From the NCBI GenBank assembly GCA_050306195.1, contig JBNLGT010000003.1:1606-65605 (forward strand): a DNA stretch of 64,000 nt, in the 5' to 3' direction. Origin of the DNA: Ensifer sp. Its GTDB lineage: Bacteria > Pseudomonadota > Alphaproteobacteria > Rhizobiales > Rhizobiaceae. Shown here piece by piece: positions 53,604 through 63,694 of the stretch. A program made the position numbers and the translations under genes. The notes below the pieces were generated by a model. The model saw only the letters and a list, made by a program, of their open reading frames with translations, had not been told where the DNA came from and searched no databases. Each line of letters opens with the position of its first letter. The first letter of the stretch is position 1.

Positions 53604-54389
53604 ATGATCCTTCTGCGATCAATAGCATTCACGATAGCATTTTATCTGAACACCATCGTTCAGATGATTATCTTCACACCGTTCTATTTCGTCCTGCCCC
53701 GTAAAAAGGCTTATGCCATCCCCAAGATCTGGGCTCGCTCCAACATGTGGCTGTTGGACAAGATTAGCGGAATCACCTTTGAAATCGAAGGCCTTGAAAA
53801 TCTCACGTCGGAAGCAAGCATCATCTCGCCCAAACATCAAAGCACTTGGGACACGATCGCTTTCGTTCCCTATATTGAGGATCCGATTTATATCCTCAAA
53901 CGCGAATTGATGTGGATCCCTCTGTTTGGCTGGTACGTGGCAAAACAGCGAATGATCCCTGTCAACCGTGCGGCCCGCGGAAAATCCATGACGGCGGTCA
54001 TGGATCGCGCCAAACTTGAAATGGCATCGGGCCGTCAATTGATTATCTATCCGGAAGGAACCCGTCGTCCGCCCGGCGCCGAGCCTGTTTACAAATTTGG
54101 CATTGCGCGGCTTTACCGCGACCTGCAGCTGCCGGTCATTCCGATTGTTCATCACGGCGGACTATTTTGGCCGCGCCGCAAACTCGTCAACTACCCTGGG
54201 CACTTCAAGGCCAAAATCCTTCCCGCTATTCCGCCCGGGATGGATCACGAAGCTTTTTTTAAGCACCTCCAAGAGGTTATGGAACGAGAAAGCGACGCCT
54301 TGCTGATCGAGACCATAGAGGCCAATCCACATCTACCTTTGCCGCCGACAGCGGCGGCCCGTTATCATGAACTCAAGAAGGACGCTTGA
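53604..54389 (+). CDS. plsC: 1-acyl-sn-glycerol-3-phosphate acyltransferase
   Basis: KHQSTWD (HxxxxD), LKREL, YPEGTR. Confidence 0.85.
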   Translation: MILLRSIAFTIAFYLNTIVQMIIFTPFYFVLPRKKAYAIPKIWARSNMWLLDKISGITFEIEGLENLTSEASIISPKHQSTWDTIAFVPYIEDPIYILKRELMWIPLFGWYVAKQRMIPVNRAARGKSMTAVMDRAKLEMASGRQLIIYPEGTRRPPGAEPVYKFGIARLYRDLQLPVIPIVHHGGLFWPRRKLVNYPGHFKAKILPAIPPGMDHEAFFKHLQEVMERESDALLIETIEANPHLPLPPTAAARYHELKKDA

Positions 54390-54906
54390 ACCCGTCCATC
54401 CGGTTCACGACATGCTCAAGCCAGCCATCGCGAATGCCAAGCTCACGTAGATGTTCAACCGTGTTGCGAACATAAACGTCATTAGGCCCCGATTGTCCAA
54501 TTGCCTGAGCTGCAACAACAGCCGCCTCATCTGCACCGATCTTGTAAGCATATTGTTCATGCTGACGATCCGCCACATAGGTCACCGCTCGAACGCGGCG
54601 TTTATCAGCGAGTAATGTTGGAACGGTCTTTTCGACGTAGACATTCGTTACCAACTCACGTTCGCGCAGGTATTTAAGGACTGATTCCTTTTCGTGTTCA
54701 GCAACGCGGAAAGCCACGCCTTTACAACTTCCACCTCTGTCCAGGCCAAGGACAAGGCCTGGATTTTCGCGCGTCCCGCGATGTACCCAAGAACGGATGC
54801 ACAAGGCCCGATGATAACCAAAGGCGCGCGCAAGCTGCCGCTCCTCGAAAGGAAAATCTGGCCGCCACATTAGGGAGCCGTAGCCGAAAACCCAAAAATC
54901 TTCCAT
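54373..54906 (-). CDS. chaC: ChaC-like gamma-glutamylcyclotransferase
   Basis: WVFGYGSLMW, HRGT..PGLVL, YLRERE, GQSGPN. Confidence 0.88.
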   Translation of the reverse strand: MEDFWVFGYGSLMWRPDFPFEERQLARAFGYHRALCIRSWVHRGTRENPGLVLGLDRGGSCKGVAFRVAEHEKESVLKYLRERELVTNVYVEKTVPTLLADKRRVRAVTYVADRQHEQYAYKIGADEAAVVAAQAIGQSGPNDVYVRNTVEHLRELGIRDGWLEHVVNRMDGFKRPS

Positions 54907-54954
54907 TTCATGCACCAAATCAGTATTCCTGCTATCGCAAATCAGGAGCTGTAT

Positions 54955-55956
54955 ATGTCATCATCGAGCCGGAACGAAAACACGTCGAGAAAAATACTGA
55001 TTTTCGGGCTGGCGATTGCTGCATTTTCTCTGCTCTACACCGGCGCATGGTTTGTCGGAACAAGCAAAGCTCAAACCTGGTTGCAACAACAGCTGTCCTC
55101 CAATCGGCTCGCCGGCATGTCCATCGCCTGCAATGGCATGGACATAAAGGGTTTTCCTTTTCGTATCGGCGTCTTTTGCGATTCTGCTTCCGCCAACCGC
55201 ACATCGCCTGCCGCCCGCATTTCTCTCGGAGCTCTGCGATCCGCAGCCCAGATCTATGCTCCGGGTCACGCCATATTTGAAATCGACGGTCCGGCCGTTG
55301 TTCAACCCGCTCCAGGGATAACAGCAACCCTGGACTGGGACCTGTTTCATGGCAGCATTGTGGGTGGCCTGGACGGGATCGACCGCTCCTCCATAGAAAC
55401 GAATATGGCCAGGATGGAGGGCGATATCCCCGGCATCGCCCAAAACGCCACAATTGCCTTGGACCACGCAGAATTCCATATGCGCCGCAACAACGGAGAC
55501 CTCGATATTGCGTTCAATTCAAAGGGGACCGATATCGGCGCGTCGATGACCGATCAGAAACTGCCGGCCTTCTCTCTTTCCGCCGATTTGACACTGGCCG
55601 ATTATGCACCCTTTCTTGCCGGGCGGGAGGTGACCACATCCGGCTCGACGCAGGGCCAGCTCAGACAGCTCAGAGTCGATTTCGGCGACCAGGGGGCGCT
55701 GACACTCAGCGGACCGTTCTCGATCTCCGCCGACGGTCTTCTATCCGGCGATTTCGACCTTCAGGCAGAACAAATTACAACGCTCGGCGCATTGTTGATT
55801 GGCAGCTTTCCCGAAGCAACACAGGCAATTGAAGTATCACAACAACTGCTCCAAAGCCTGTCGACGAATGGCGCGAGTGCTCGCGTGCGGCTAACCATGC
55901 AAGATGGGGTCATCCTTCTCGGCTTTATACCGATCGGATTTATTCCTCCGATTTAG
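54955..55956 (+). CDS. DUF2125 family protein
   Basis: N-terminal TM (YTGAW), GFPFRIGVFC, RSAAQIYAP, C-terminal LGFIPIGFIPP; AGGAG RBS. Confidence 0.85.
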   Translation: MSSSSRNENTSRKILIFGLAIAAFSLLYTGAWFVGTSKAQTWLQQQLSSNRLAGMSIACNGMDIKGFPFRIGVFCDSASANRTSPAARISLGALRSAAQIYAPGHAIFEIDGPAVVQPAPGITATLDWDLFHGSIVGGLDGIDRSSIETNMARMEGDIPGIAQNATIALDHAEFHMRRNNGDLDIAFNSKGTDIGASMTDQKLPAFSLSADLTLADYAPFLAGREVTTSGSTQGQLRQLRVDFGDQGALTLSGPFSISADGLLSGDFDLQAEQITTLGALLIGSFPEATQAIEVSQQLLQSLSTNGASARVRLTMQDGVILLGFIPIGFIPPI

Positions 55957-56872
55957 CAGAGCCGTGAGTTCGCCCGAAATCGGGCTCAGACGTATCCTGC
56001 CCTGCTTCAATGATAGATCGCCGGATTGCCCTTGTGTGCGTGAAAAGATCAAACAGCTTGTCGCCATCGCCCCAGCGGATAGCCTTTTGCAGATAGGCCA
56101 AATCCTCTGAAAAGCGCGCCAGCATTTCCAGGATGGCATCTTTGTTGTGTAGACAAACATCGCGCCACATCGTTGGATCCGATGCGGCCAGACGTGTAAA
56201 ATCGCGAAAACCGGAGGCGGAATATTTGATGATTTCCGATTCCGTCACCGTCTCCATATCCGCCGCCGTGCCAACTATATTGTAGGCTATGATATGCGGC
56301 AGATGCGAAACGATTGCCAGCACCTTGTCATGGTGCCCGGCATCCATTTCCTCAACCTGCGAACCAAGCGCATTCCAGAACGCCCGCAGCTTTGCACGTG
56401 CATCTTCGTCAGCGCCCGGCAGCGGCGTCAGCAAACACCATCGCCCAGCAAACAGCCCTTCAAACCCTGCATCCGGGCCTGAATGTTCAGTACCGGCAAT
56501 CGGGTGGCCAGGAATGAAATGGACACCCTCAGGGACGTGCGGCAACATCTGCGCAATGACGGAGGACTTGGTCGAACCGACATCCGTGAGGATGGCGCCC
56601 GGTTTCAACGTATCCTTGATTGCCTTTGCAACATCCCCCGAAACGCCAACCGGCACCGAAACAATCACCAGATCGGCATCGCGTACGGCTTCTGCGGGAT
56701 CAGTCGTATAAACGTCCCCCAGACCAAGCTCTTCTGCCCGCTTCAGCGTCTTTTCGCTACGCGTGGATATCACCACGCGCTCCGCGAGCTTGAGCGCCCG
56801 CACATCGCGTGCAATCGACGAACCGATAAGACCTATGCCGATAAGCGCTATCGTATTGAACTTGACGGTCAC
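55940..56872 (-). CDS. tyrC: Prephenate/arogenate (cyclohexadienyl) dehydrogenase
   Basis: IGIGLIGSS, DVGSTK, HPIAGTE, HD...SHLPH, GFRDFTRLA; GTG start just after the hisC stop. Confidence 0.92.
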   Translation of the reverse strand: MTVKFNTIALIGIGLIGSSIARDVRALKLAERVVISTRSEKTLKRAEELGLGDVYTTDPAEAVRDADLVIVSVPVGVSGDVAKAIKDTLKPGAILTDVGSTKSSVIAQMLPHVPEGVHFIPGHPIAGTEHSGPDAGFEGLFAGRWCLLTPLPGADEDARAKLRAFWNALGSQVEEMDAGHHDKVLAIVSHLPHIIAYNIVGTAADMETVTESEIIKYSASGFRDFTRLAASDPTMWRDVCLHNKDAILEMLARFSEDLAYLQKAIRWGDGDKLFDLFTHTRAIRRSIIEAGQDTSEPDFGRTHGSAKSEE

Positions 56873-56876
56873 TGGC

Positions 56877-57980
56877 CTAGCGCCCCATAAATTCGCCAAG
56901 TGCGTCAATCACGCCCTGGTTCGCTTCCTCTGTCCCGATGGTCATGCGCAACGCATTGGGCAAGCCATAACCGCCAACGGCCCTCAACACGTAGCCCCGC
57001 GACGAAAGAAACCGGTCAGCATCTACCGCGCGTTTACCCTCAACGTCCGGGAAATGAATGAGAACGAAATTGGAGACCGATGGAGTAACCTCCAGACCTA
57101 GGCCTTCAAATGCTCTGGTTAGTTTTTCATTCCAGGCAAGATTGTGATCAGCCGCCTTTTCAATGAAAGCCTGATCGCGAATGGCCGCCGCGCCAGCAGC
57201 AATGGCTGCCGCGTTAAGATTGAAAGGCCCCCGCACGCGGTTCAATGCCGCCAATATTTCGGCTGGGCCATAAAGCCATCCGATCCTGAGCGCCGCCAAA
57301 CCATAAATTTTTGAGAACGTCCGGGTCATGACAACGTTCCGGGCAGAAGAAACCAGTTCAATGCCCGCTTCATAGTCGTTCCGGCGTACGTACTCAGCAT
57401 AGGCTGCATCCAGAACAAGCAGCACATGCGGCGGCAAAGTGGCCTGCAAGCGCCGAATATCCTGCATGGGCACGTAAGTGCCGGTTGGATTGCCAGGATT
57501 GGCGATGAACACGGCTTTCGTTTTTTCCGTAACGGCTGCCAGGATTGCATCAACATCCACACGGCAATTATCTTCGGCAACAACAACAGGCGTTGCGCCC
57601 GCGGCCATAATCTGAATTTTATAGACCAGGAAACCGTGCTGCGTGATGATGGCTTCGTCGCCCTGTCCCAGATAGGTGTGCGCCAGCAACCCCAAAAGCT
57701 CATCCGAGCCGTTGCCACAAACGATATTTGCAGGATTAAGTCCATGGACTGCAGCAATAGCGTCACGCAACTCCACCGACTGGCCATCGGGATAAAGCTC
57801 AAGATGACCAGCCACATCGCCAAAGGCGGCAATCGCTTTGGGGCTCGCGCCGAATGGGCTTTCATTCGAGGACAATTTGTAGACCTTTTCGACCCCGTCG
57901 ACATGATCCTTGCCAGGCACATAGGCGGCAATATCCATGACACCGGGACGCGGCACAGGCGAAAGTTTTTCGTCACTCAT
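56877..57980 (-). CDS. hisC: Histidinol-phosphate aminotransferase
   Basis: [41 protein letters not shown]; start set at MSDEK. Confidence 0.95.
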   Translation of the reverse strand: MSDEKLSPVPRPGVMDIAAYVPGKDHVDGVEKVYKLSSNESPFGASPKAIAAFGDVAGHLELYPDGQSVELRDAIAAVHGLNPANIVCGNGSDELLGLLAHTYLGQGDEAIITQHGFLVYKIQIMAAGATPVVVAEDNCRVDVDAILAAVTEKTKAVFIANPGNPTGTYVPMQDIRRLQATLPPHVLLVLDAAYAEYVRRNDYEAGIELVSSARNVVMTRTFSKIYGLAALRIGWLYGPAEILAALNRVRGPFNLNAAAIAAGAAAIRDQAFIEKAADHNLAWNEKLTRAFEGLGLEVTPSVSNFVLIHFPDVEGKRAVDADRFLSSRGYVLRAVGGYGLPNALRMTIGTEEANQGVIDALGEFMGR

Positions 57981-58040
57981 TGAAATGATCCTTGAACGAA
58001 TTATCGGCATCCTTAGACGCGGGCCATGGAATAAAGGGCT

Positions 58041-58802
58041 TCACGGGGTTTGTCGAGAGCCGTGGGGCATTCGCGTCGTTGGTAAGCCTTGCGGCGCCAG
58101 GACCGGCACGAAAACGCGCCTGGAAGCTCGCTCAGCAACAGGCAGCCCCTGATAAAGCCGCTTATGCGCCTCCACAATAATAACGCCCGAAAACACCGGC
58201 CAGAGCACGCGACCGATACGCTCAAAACTCTGACGAACCTTCAACAATGCACGCGATTTTGCTGGTGGGAAAAACAGCGCTTCTGACATCGCGCCCGGGG
58301 TAAAATTCGCCTCGCGCAGCAGACTGGTCAACTGCCCGCGAGAATAGGGTCGACCGGCGCCAAAGGGCGTATGGTCGAAACGCGCCCAAACGCCGCGTCG
58401 ATTGGGCGCTACAATAATCACCCGCCCGCCGGGAGCCAGAACCCGCCAAAGCTCCATGAGCGTTTCTCGCGGATTTTCGGTAAATTCCAGTGAATGAACC
58501 ATCAAAAACCGGTCTATGGATGCATCGGGAAGCGGTAGTTCCTCGTCAAAGACCAGAGCTGTCGAAGACGCTTCACCCTGCGGCCAGTTTACCGCACCCT
58601 GCCCGGCAGGCATGAAGGCAAACGTTCGTTCGGCATCGGCGCGAAAACGATCCAGATAGGGCAACGCATATCCAAGCCCGACAAGCCGTTCATCCGGCAG
58701 GGGCGACCAAATCGACGAAAGCGCCATTCCAATGGAATGCTCCGTCAACCGCCCGAGCGGCGAGAGATAAAATTCTCGGAGATCAACAATATCAGTGTGC
58801 AT
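58041..58802 (-). CDS. Class I SAM-dependent methyltransferase (YafS-like)
   Basis: FY.SPLG, LPLPDASID, WRVLAPGG; divergent from gloB. Confidence 0.85.
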   Translation of the reverse strand: MHTDIVDLREFYLSPLGRLTEHSIGMALSSIWSPLPDERLVGLGYALPYLDRFRADAERTFAFMPAGQGAVNWPQGEASSTALVFDEELPLPDASIDRFLMVHSLEFTENPRETLMELWRVLAPGGRVIIVAPNRRGVWARFDHTPFGAGRPYSRGQLTSLLREANFTPGAMSEALFFPPAKSRALLKVRQSFERIGRVLWPVFSGVIIVEAHKRLYQGLPVAERASRRVFVPVLAPQGLPTTRMPHGSRQTP

Positions 58803-58885
58803 TATGGAAGATGTAGTCTGCCCTTATGTGGACATCAAGCAACAACGCACTACATTGGCGAAATCACATGCGCCGGGAGATTATG

Positions 58886-59617
58886 ATGGCCGATTTGGAA
58901 ACCGAACTGTTTACCTGCTTGTCCGATAATTTCGGTGTTCTGATCCATGATCCGGAGAGCGGCCAAACAGCCTCAATTGACGCGCCCGAAGAAGCGCCCA
59001 TCCTCGAAGCGCTGGAAAGGCGGGGCTGGACGCTGACCCATATTTTCGTAACCCACCACCATCATGACCATGTCGGGGGCATAGCGGCGCTCAAATCTCG
59101 TTTTAACGCACAAGTTTTGGGTCCGGCGCGAGAGGCAGGCAAGATTGCCGGGCTCGATACCCTGGTTGATGACGGCGACACGTTCGACTTTGGCGGCCGC
59201 GCCATCAAGGTCATCTCCACGCCCGGCCACACTCTTGGCCACGTTTGCTATTACATTCCTTCAGACGGGCTTCTCTTTGCCGCAGACACGCTTTTTGCGC
59301 TTGGATGCGGTCGTGTATTTGAAGGGACCATGGCCGACATGTGGAACTCATTGAACAAGCTTGCCGCATTGCCAGACGAGACCCTTGTCTATTTCGGTCA
59401 CGAATATACCCAGTCAAACGCACGCTACGCCGTTACCGTGGAACCGGATAATGAAGCGCTCATCGCCCGCGCGAAAGAAATTGACCTGAAGCGGGCGCAA
59501 GGCATGTTCACAGCCCCCACGACGATTGGGCTGGAAAAACAAACCAATCCTTTCCTGCGCGCTTCCACCGACGAGCAGTTCGCTGAAATTCGGACCGGGA
59601 AGGACAATTTCAGATGA
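58886..59617 (+). CDS. gloB: Hydroxyacylglutathione hydrolase (glyoxalase II)
   Basis: [33 protein letters not shown]. Confidence 0.93.
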   Translation: MADLETELFTCLSDNFGVLIHDPESGQTASIDAPEEAPILEALERRGWTLTHIFVTHHHHDHVGGIAALKSRFNAQVLGPAREAGKIAGLDTLVDDGDTFDFGGRAIKVISTPGHTLGHVCYYIPSDGLLFAADTLFALGCGRVFEGTMADMWNSLNKLAALPDETLVYFGHEYTQSNARYAVTVEPDNEALIARAKEIDLKRAQGMFTAPTTIGLEKQTNPFLRASTDEQFAEIRTGKDNFR

Positions 59618-60042
59618 ATGCTGACGAAGTCGTCAAAAAACTCAACATGTTCCGCCATCCTGAGGGCGGCTGGTATGTAGAAACGTTTCGAGATCATGCG
59701 GGTGCGCCGCGCGGCCATTCAACGGCCATTTATTATTTACTGGAGAAGGGCGACCGTTCCCACTGGCACAGAGTGCGCGATGCTGTTGAGATCTGGCACT
59801 ACTATGCGGGCTCGCCCATGCGTCTTTCCATTTCTCCGCGCGGGACCAGTATAGAGACCTTCGAGCTGGGACCCGATATTACCAACGGCGCTCAGCCACA
59901 GGTGGTCGTACCGGCCAATTTTTGGCAATCCGCCGAACCCATGGGAGACTGGTCGCTAGTGGGATGCACCGTCTCGCCCGGCTTTACCTTCGAAACATTC
60001 GAAATCGCACCGGCCGGCTGGCAGCCATCGGTCGATCCTTGA
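59614..60042 (+). CDS. Cupin, DUF985/Cupin_5 family
   Basis: [32 protein letters not shown]. Confidence 0.9.
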   Translation: MNADEVVKKLNMFRHPEGGWYVETFRDHAGAPRGHSTAIYYLLEKGDRSHWHRVRDAVEIWHYYAGSPMRLSISPRGTSIETFELGPDITNGAQPQVVVPANFWQSAEPMGDWSLVGCTVSPGFTFETFEIAPAGWQPSVDP

Positions 60043-60269
60043 GGTTATTGCTCAGGGCGCTGCCCAATAAATCGAAAAACACAACGACTTCAAAGCCGCG
60101 CGCGCACCTCTCTCATCCGAGATATATCGAACATGCCAGCTTGCCAGGAAAAGGAGGGGAGCTGGACAGTTTCGGAGTCTGATGAAGAAGGCAATACGTG
60201 GAACATGCCTAATACCTTAGTATAGTTCATGTATTAAACTGCACCAAAATACCGTTCTAAATTATTTTA

Positions 60270-60277
60270 TTAACCAT
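60270..60277 (+). promoter_or_regulatory. CtrA half-site TTAACCAT in an AT-rich promoter region
   Basis: TTAACCAT at 60270; a second GGTTAAC at 60295-60301. Confidence 0.45.
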
Positions 60278-60374
60278 TTCCCTTGTATGAGTTGGGTTAA
60301 CTTTGAACGCAGGTTGATCTCGGGCACGATGATATTCGATCACGACCCCATAAATGACGCCAATTTATATTTAA

Positions 60375-60710
60375 ATGGCCTTTGCCTGCGTTGTCGAAAA
60401 TTCATCCTCCTTGCAAACGACTTTTGGAGGCGAAACGCTCAATGAAATGGTCCGGGTAACGCTGCATGATCCCACTATCGTTGAGGTGTCGGCAACTGCC
60501 ACCAGCCGGCTCGCCATTGAGACCACCAAAATTGCTTCTCTCGTTTCAAGACAAAGACGAAAAGCAACAGAGGGCGTCAAAACGGCTACGAGTGTGGGCG
60601 GCAGCGCAGGTTCGGCTGCAAAGGCATTGAATGAAAAAACCAAAAGCGCCTTCACAGCGGTAGCAAAGGCAACCGACACAGCAGGTTGGGGAGAATTCTG
60701 GGGGGCATGA
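60375..60710 (+). pseudogene. Degenerate C-terminal fragment of a methyl-accepting chemotaxis protein
   Basis: NEMVRVTLHDPTIVEVSATATSRLAIETTKIASLVSR matches the MCP end consensus NEMDxVTQQNAAMVEES.AA...LA.E...L..LVSRF; tail SAAKALNEKTKSAF...GWGEF matches the rhizobial MCP tail and xWxxF pentapeptide. Confidence 0.78.
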
Positions 60711-60711
60711 T

Positions 60712-63603
60712 ATGAATAATACAAGCGGCACATCAGATTCCTGTCGAGCAATACAGGAGAAAGGCTGTCCTCAGACTGACAAGGGCGAGAATGGTGAGGC
60801 GGGGCTATTCTTCATCTTACGCATGGAAGCGGACGGCCATATGTCTGTTCCTTTTTTATCTGGAAACCTTCAATTGGTTGCTGGATTGCAGCCGGAAGCT
60901 GTCAAGGATGATATCGCCCCCTTTCTTGCTGTTCTGTATGGCGACGACCAGGAGGTTCTTGTTGCGGAACTGCAAAGGTCAGCCAACAGTTTGGTGTCTG
61001 TCTGCCTAAACCTGAGATTTATTCCTGAAAACGCCGAGCCCGCTGTGCTGAGCATGACGGCGACGCCAGCGGTCAGTCGGATATCGCCACGCACCGTGGA
61101 ATGGCACGGCTATTTGCATCGCAATATCGCACCTGAAAGCGCGCGCGCGGGGGGCGGCGAAACATCGGCATTCTTCAAGAGCCTTCTCGATGATCTTCCT
61201 GTCCCGATTTACCACAAAAACAGGCAGGGCCACTATCTCGGATGTAATGCTGCGTTTAGCGAGTTCTTCGGCTACTCCCGTGAACAGTTGGTTGGAAAGA
61301 CTGTGTTCGAGATATTCCCGCGAGACCTGGCGGAAGAGAATCACGCCAGAGATGAAGCGCTTTATGCTCAAAAGGAATGTCAGCGGTTCGAGACCAACGT
61401 TACCAACAGTCAGGGAGTTGTGCGCCATGCCTTGTTTAACAAATCTGTATTGCTGGATGAGCGCGGCGAAGCATCTGGCCTGATTGGCGTGGTACTGGAT
61501 ATTACCGAACGCAAGCAGGCGGAACAGGAGCTCAAGGAAGCTCTTGAATTTACCGAAGGTGTGCTTGCAGCAATTCCGGATTTGCTGTTCGAGGTTGATC
61601 GCGATGGTCAGTACCTGAACGTCTGGACGGGCAATCAGGATTTGCTTGTCGCCAGCCGGGAGAATCTTCTTGGCAAGACGGTCAATGACCTGCTCCCGCC
61701 AGAGGCGGCCATGGATGCCATGCGCAACATCGCCGAAGCCGATCGCAACGGGTACTGCGACGGCGGTGTTATCGCTATTCCGCAACTAGATGGAACGGTG
61801 AGATGGTTCGAGCATACGCTTGCAAAAAAGAATAGTAGCGGCGGCGCCCCAACCACATTTTTTGTTTTGTCCAGGGATGTAACGGAGCGCAAACAGGCGG
61901 AACTGGCCATTGAAGAAGCAAGGGAGCGTTTGCATACGGTCCTCCAAACGATCCCGGATATGGTTTGGCTAAAAGACAATAACGGGCGATTCTTGCTTTG
62001 TAATCATGCGTTTGGGCGCCTTGCCGGTATGCCCGAGGCCGATATTGTTGGAATGACCGCCCGAGATCTGTTCGACGCAGAAACAGCAGATGCTATCCGC
62101 CTGAAAGGCGAGGAAATGCCGAATGCGAACCAAATTCTCATCGATGAGGCATGGGTAACCCACGCAGAGAGCTGTGGTTCCGTGCTCCTCGAAACCCGCA
62201 AGGTTCCGGTATTCACGTCTGACGGCAGGCTGACCGGCATTTTGGGGGTTGCTCGCGACATCACTGAACTCAACACTTCTCGCGAGAAGATCAAACAGCT
62301 AGCATTCTACGATCCTCTCACGGCGCTGCCTAACAGGGAACTCTTCAGCGACCACTTGCGGCAGATGATTGCCAGCACACAGCAAAACAACAAGCTCGCT
62401 GGCATCATGCTTATCGACCTTGATCATTTCAAAACAATCAACGATACCCTTGGACATCCGGCTGGGGATGAGTTGTTACGCATGGTCGCGGCTCGGCTAT
62501 CTGAATGTGTGGGACAAGAGAATACGGTGGCCCGGCTGGGTGGTGATGAATTTGCCGTCCTCCTGCCGGAAATCGGCAATAAACTCGACTTGCAAATGGT
62601 TGCGGAGCGGGTTTTGGAGGCCTTCAAGGCGGGCTTTTTATTGGATGGCAGGGAGCTCTTTACGTCGTGCAGCATCGGTATTGCGCTATGCCCGGATGAT
62701 AGCGTCGTTGCAGAAGACCTTGTTCGGCACGCCGATTCTGCGATGTATCTGTCCAAGCATTCGGGACGGAACACCTACTGTTTCTACTCCATGGATTTGG
62801 AAAACAGCGCCAAGGAATATCTGACAATAAATACCGAACTGCGCCGCGCTCTGGAGCGTCAGGAGTTGGAGCTTCTGTACCAGCCCAAAGTTTCACTGCA
62901 GAATGGCAATATCGTTGGATCAGAAGCGTTGTTGAGGTGGCGCCATCCGGAAAAAGGGTTGATTCCACCAAATCAGTTTATTCCCGTAGCAGAAGAAACC
63001 GGATTGATAAGGGAATTGGGTCGCTGGGTGTTGAATGAGGCATCCCGCGCCGCAGCCGCCTGGAACACTGGAAAAGGCTCAGTGCACAAGGTCGCAGTTA
63101 ACCTGTCGGCGAGAGAGTTTCAGGAGCCAAACCTGCCTGAGGCGGTGGAGGAAATCCTTCTCAGGAATGGTTGCCGTCCCGAATGGATCGAGATTGAAAT
63201 AACCGAAAGTCTCCTGCTGAACGACAGGACTAATCCAGCGGAGACGCTTTCCGCGCTCAATCGTATGGGCATTTCCATAGCCATCGACGACTTCGGTACC
63301 GGCTATTCTGCTCTCTCCTACCTTACCCAGTTTCCAATCGACACATTGAAGATAGACAGGTCGTTCATTAACAAGACCGACCGTCGCAGCCTGGAACTCG
63401 TTAAGTCGATCTTGTCGATTGCAAAAGCGCTCGGGCAGACTGTCGTTGCAGAAGGTGTTGAGACAATCGAACAGGCGGAGTTTCTGGTGGAGAACGGTTG
63501 CGAAATCGCGCAAGGGTTCTTCTTCAGTAGACCGTTGAGCGCTGACGACCTAAAGCTTTTCATGCGTCCATCTGCGGTCGATCTGCAGGAGATAGCAGTT
63601 TGA
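60712..63603 (+). CDS. Cytoplasmic multi-PAS GGDEF-EAL protein (diguanylate cyclase/phosphodiesterase)
   Basis: One degenerate plus three clear PAS/PAC units (ending DITERK, DVTERK, DITE); DPLTALPNR, RLGGDEF, EALLRW, EITE, DDFGTGYS, KIDRSF, AEGVE, QG. Confidence 0.93.
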   Translation: MNNTSGTSDSCRAIQEKGCPQTDKGENGEAGLFFILRMEADGHMSVPFLSGNLQLVAGLQPEAVKDDIAPFLAVLYGDDQEVLVAELQRSANSLVSVCLNLRFIPENAEPAVLSMTATPAVSRISPRTVEWHGYLHRNIAPESARAGGGETSAFFKSLLDDLPVPIYHKNRQGHYLGCNAAFSEFFGYSREQLVGKTVFEIFPRDLAEENHARDEALYAQKECQRFETNVTNSQGVVRHALFNKSVLLDERGEASGLIGVVLDITERKQAEQELKEALEFTEGVLAAIPDLLFEVDRDGQYLNVWTGNQDLLVASRENLLGKTVNDLLPPEAAMDAMRNIAEADRNGYCDGGVIAIPQLDGTVRWFEHTLAKKNSSGGAPTTFFVLSRDVTERKQAELAIEEARERLHTVLQTIPDMVWLKDNNGRFLLCNHAFGRLAGMPEADIVGMTARDLFDAETADAIRLKGEEMPNANQILIDEAWVTHAESCGSVLLETRKVPVFTSDGRLTGILGVARDITELNTSREKIKQLAFYDPLTALPNRELFSDHLRQMIASTQQNNKLAGIMLIDLDHFKTINDTLGHPAGDELLRMVAARLSECVGQENTVARLGGDEFAVLLPEIGNKLDLQMVAERVLEAFKAGFLLDGRELFTSCSIGIALCPDDSVVAEDLVRHADSAMYLSKHSGRNTYCFYSMDLENSAKEYLTINTELRRALERQELELLYQPKVSLQNGNIVGSEALLRWRHPEKGLIPPNQFIPVAEETGLIRELGRWVLNEASRAAAAWNTGKGSVHKVAVNLSAREFQEPNLPEAVEEILLRNGCRPEWIEIEITESLLLNDRTNPAETLSALNRMGISIAIDDFGTGYSALSYLTQFPIDTLKIDRSFINKTDRRSLELVKSILSIAKALGQTVVAEGVETIEQAEFLVENGCEIAQGFFFSRPLSADDLKLFMRPSAVDLQEIAV

Positions 63604-63694
63604 ATGCTCTGGCATGAGCGCCCGAACATCTCACACAGCTATTTGGTAATGCAAAAGTGCGACTCGTTGGAAATCCCATAAATTGCGCCGCACT

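Noticed and set aside
34368-55956. Convergent 3' overlaps (gluQ/yihY 33 nt, plsC/chaC 17 nt, DUF2125/tyrC 17 nt)
   Set aside because: Short tail-to-tail overlaps are common in compact genomes.
59540-59617. GloB C-terminus looks shorter than typical ([22 protein letters not shown])
   Set aside because: The frame is intact and the terminal R..KDNF motif is kept, so this is probably a natural short variant.
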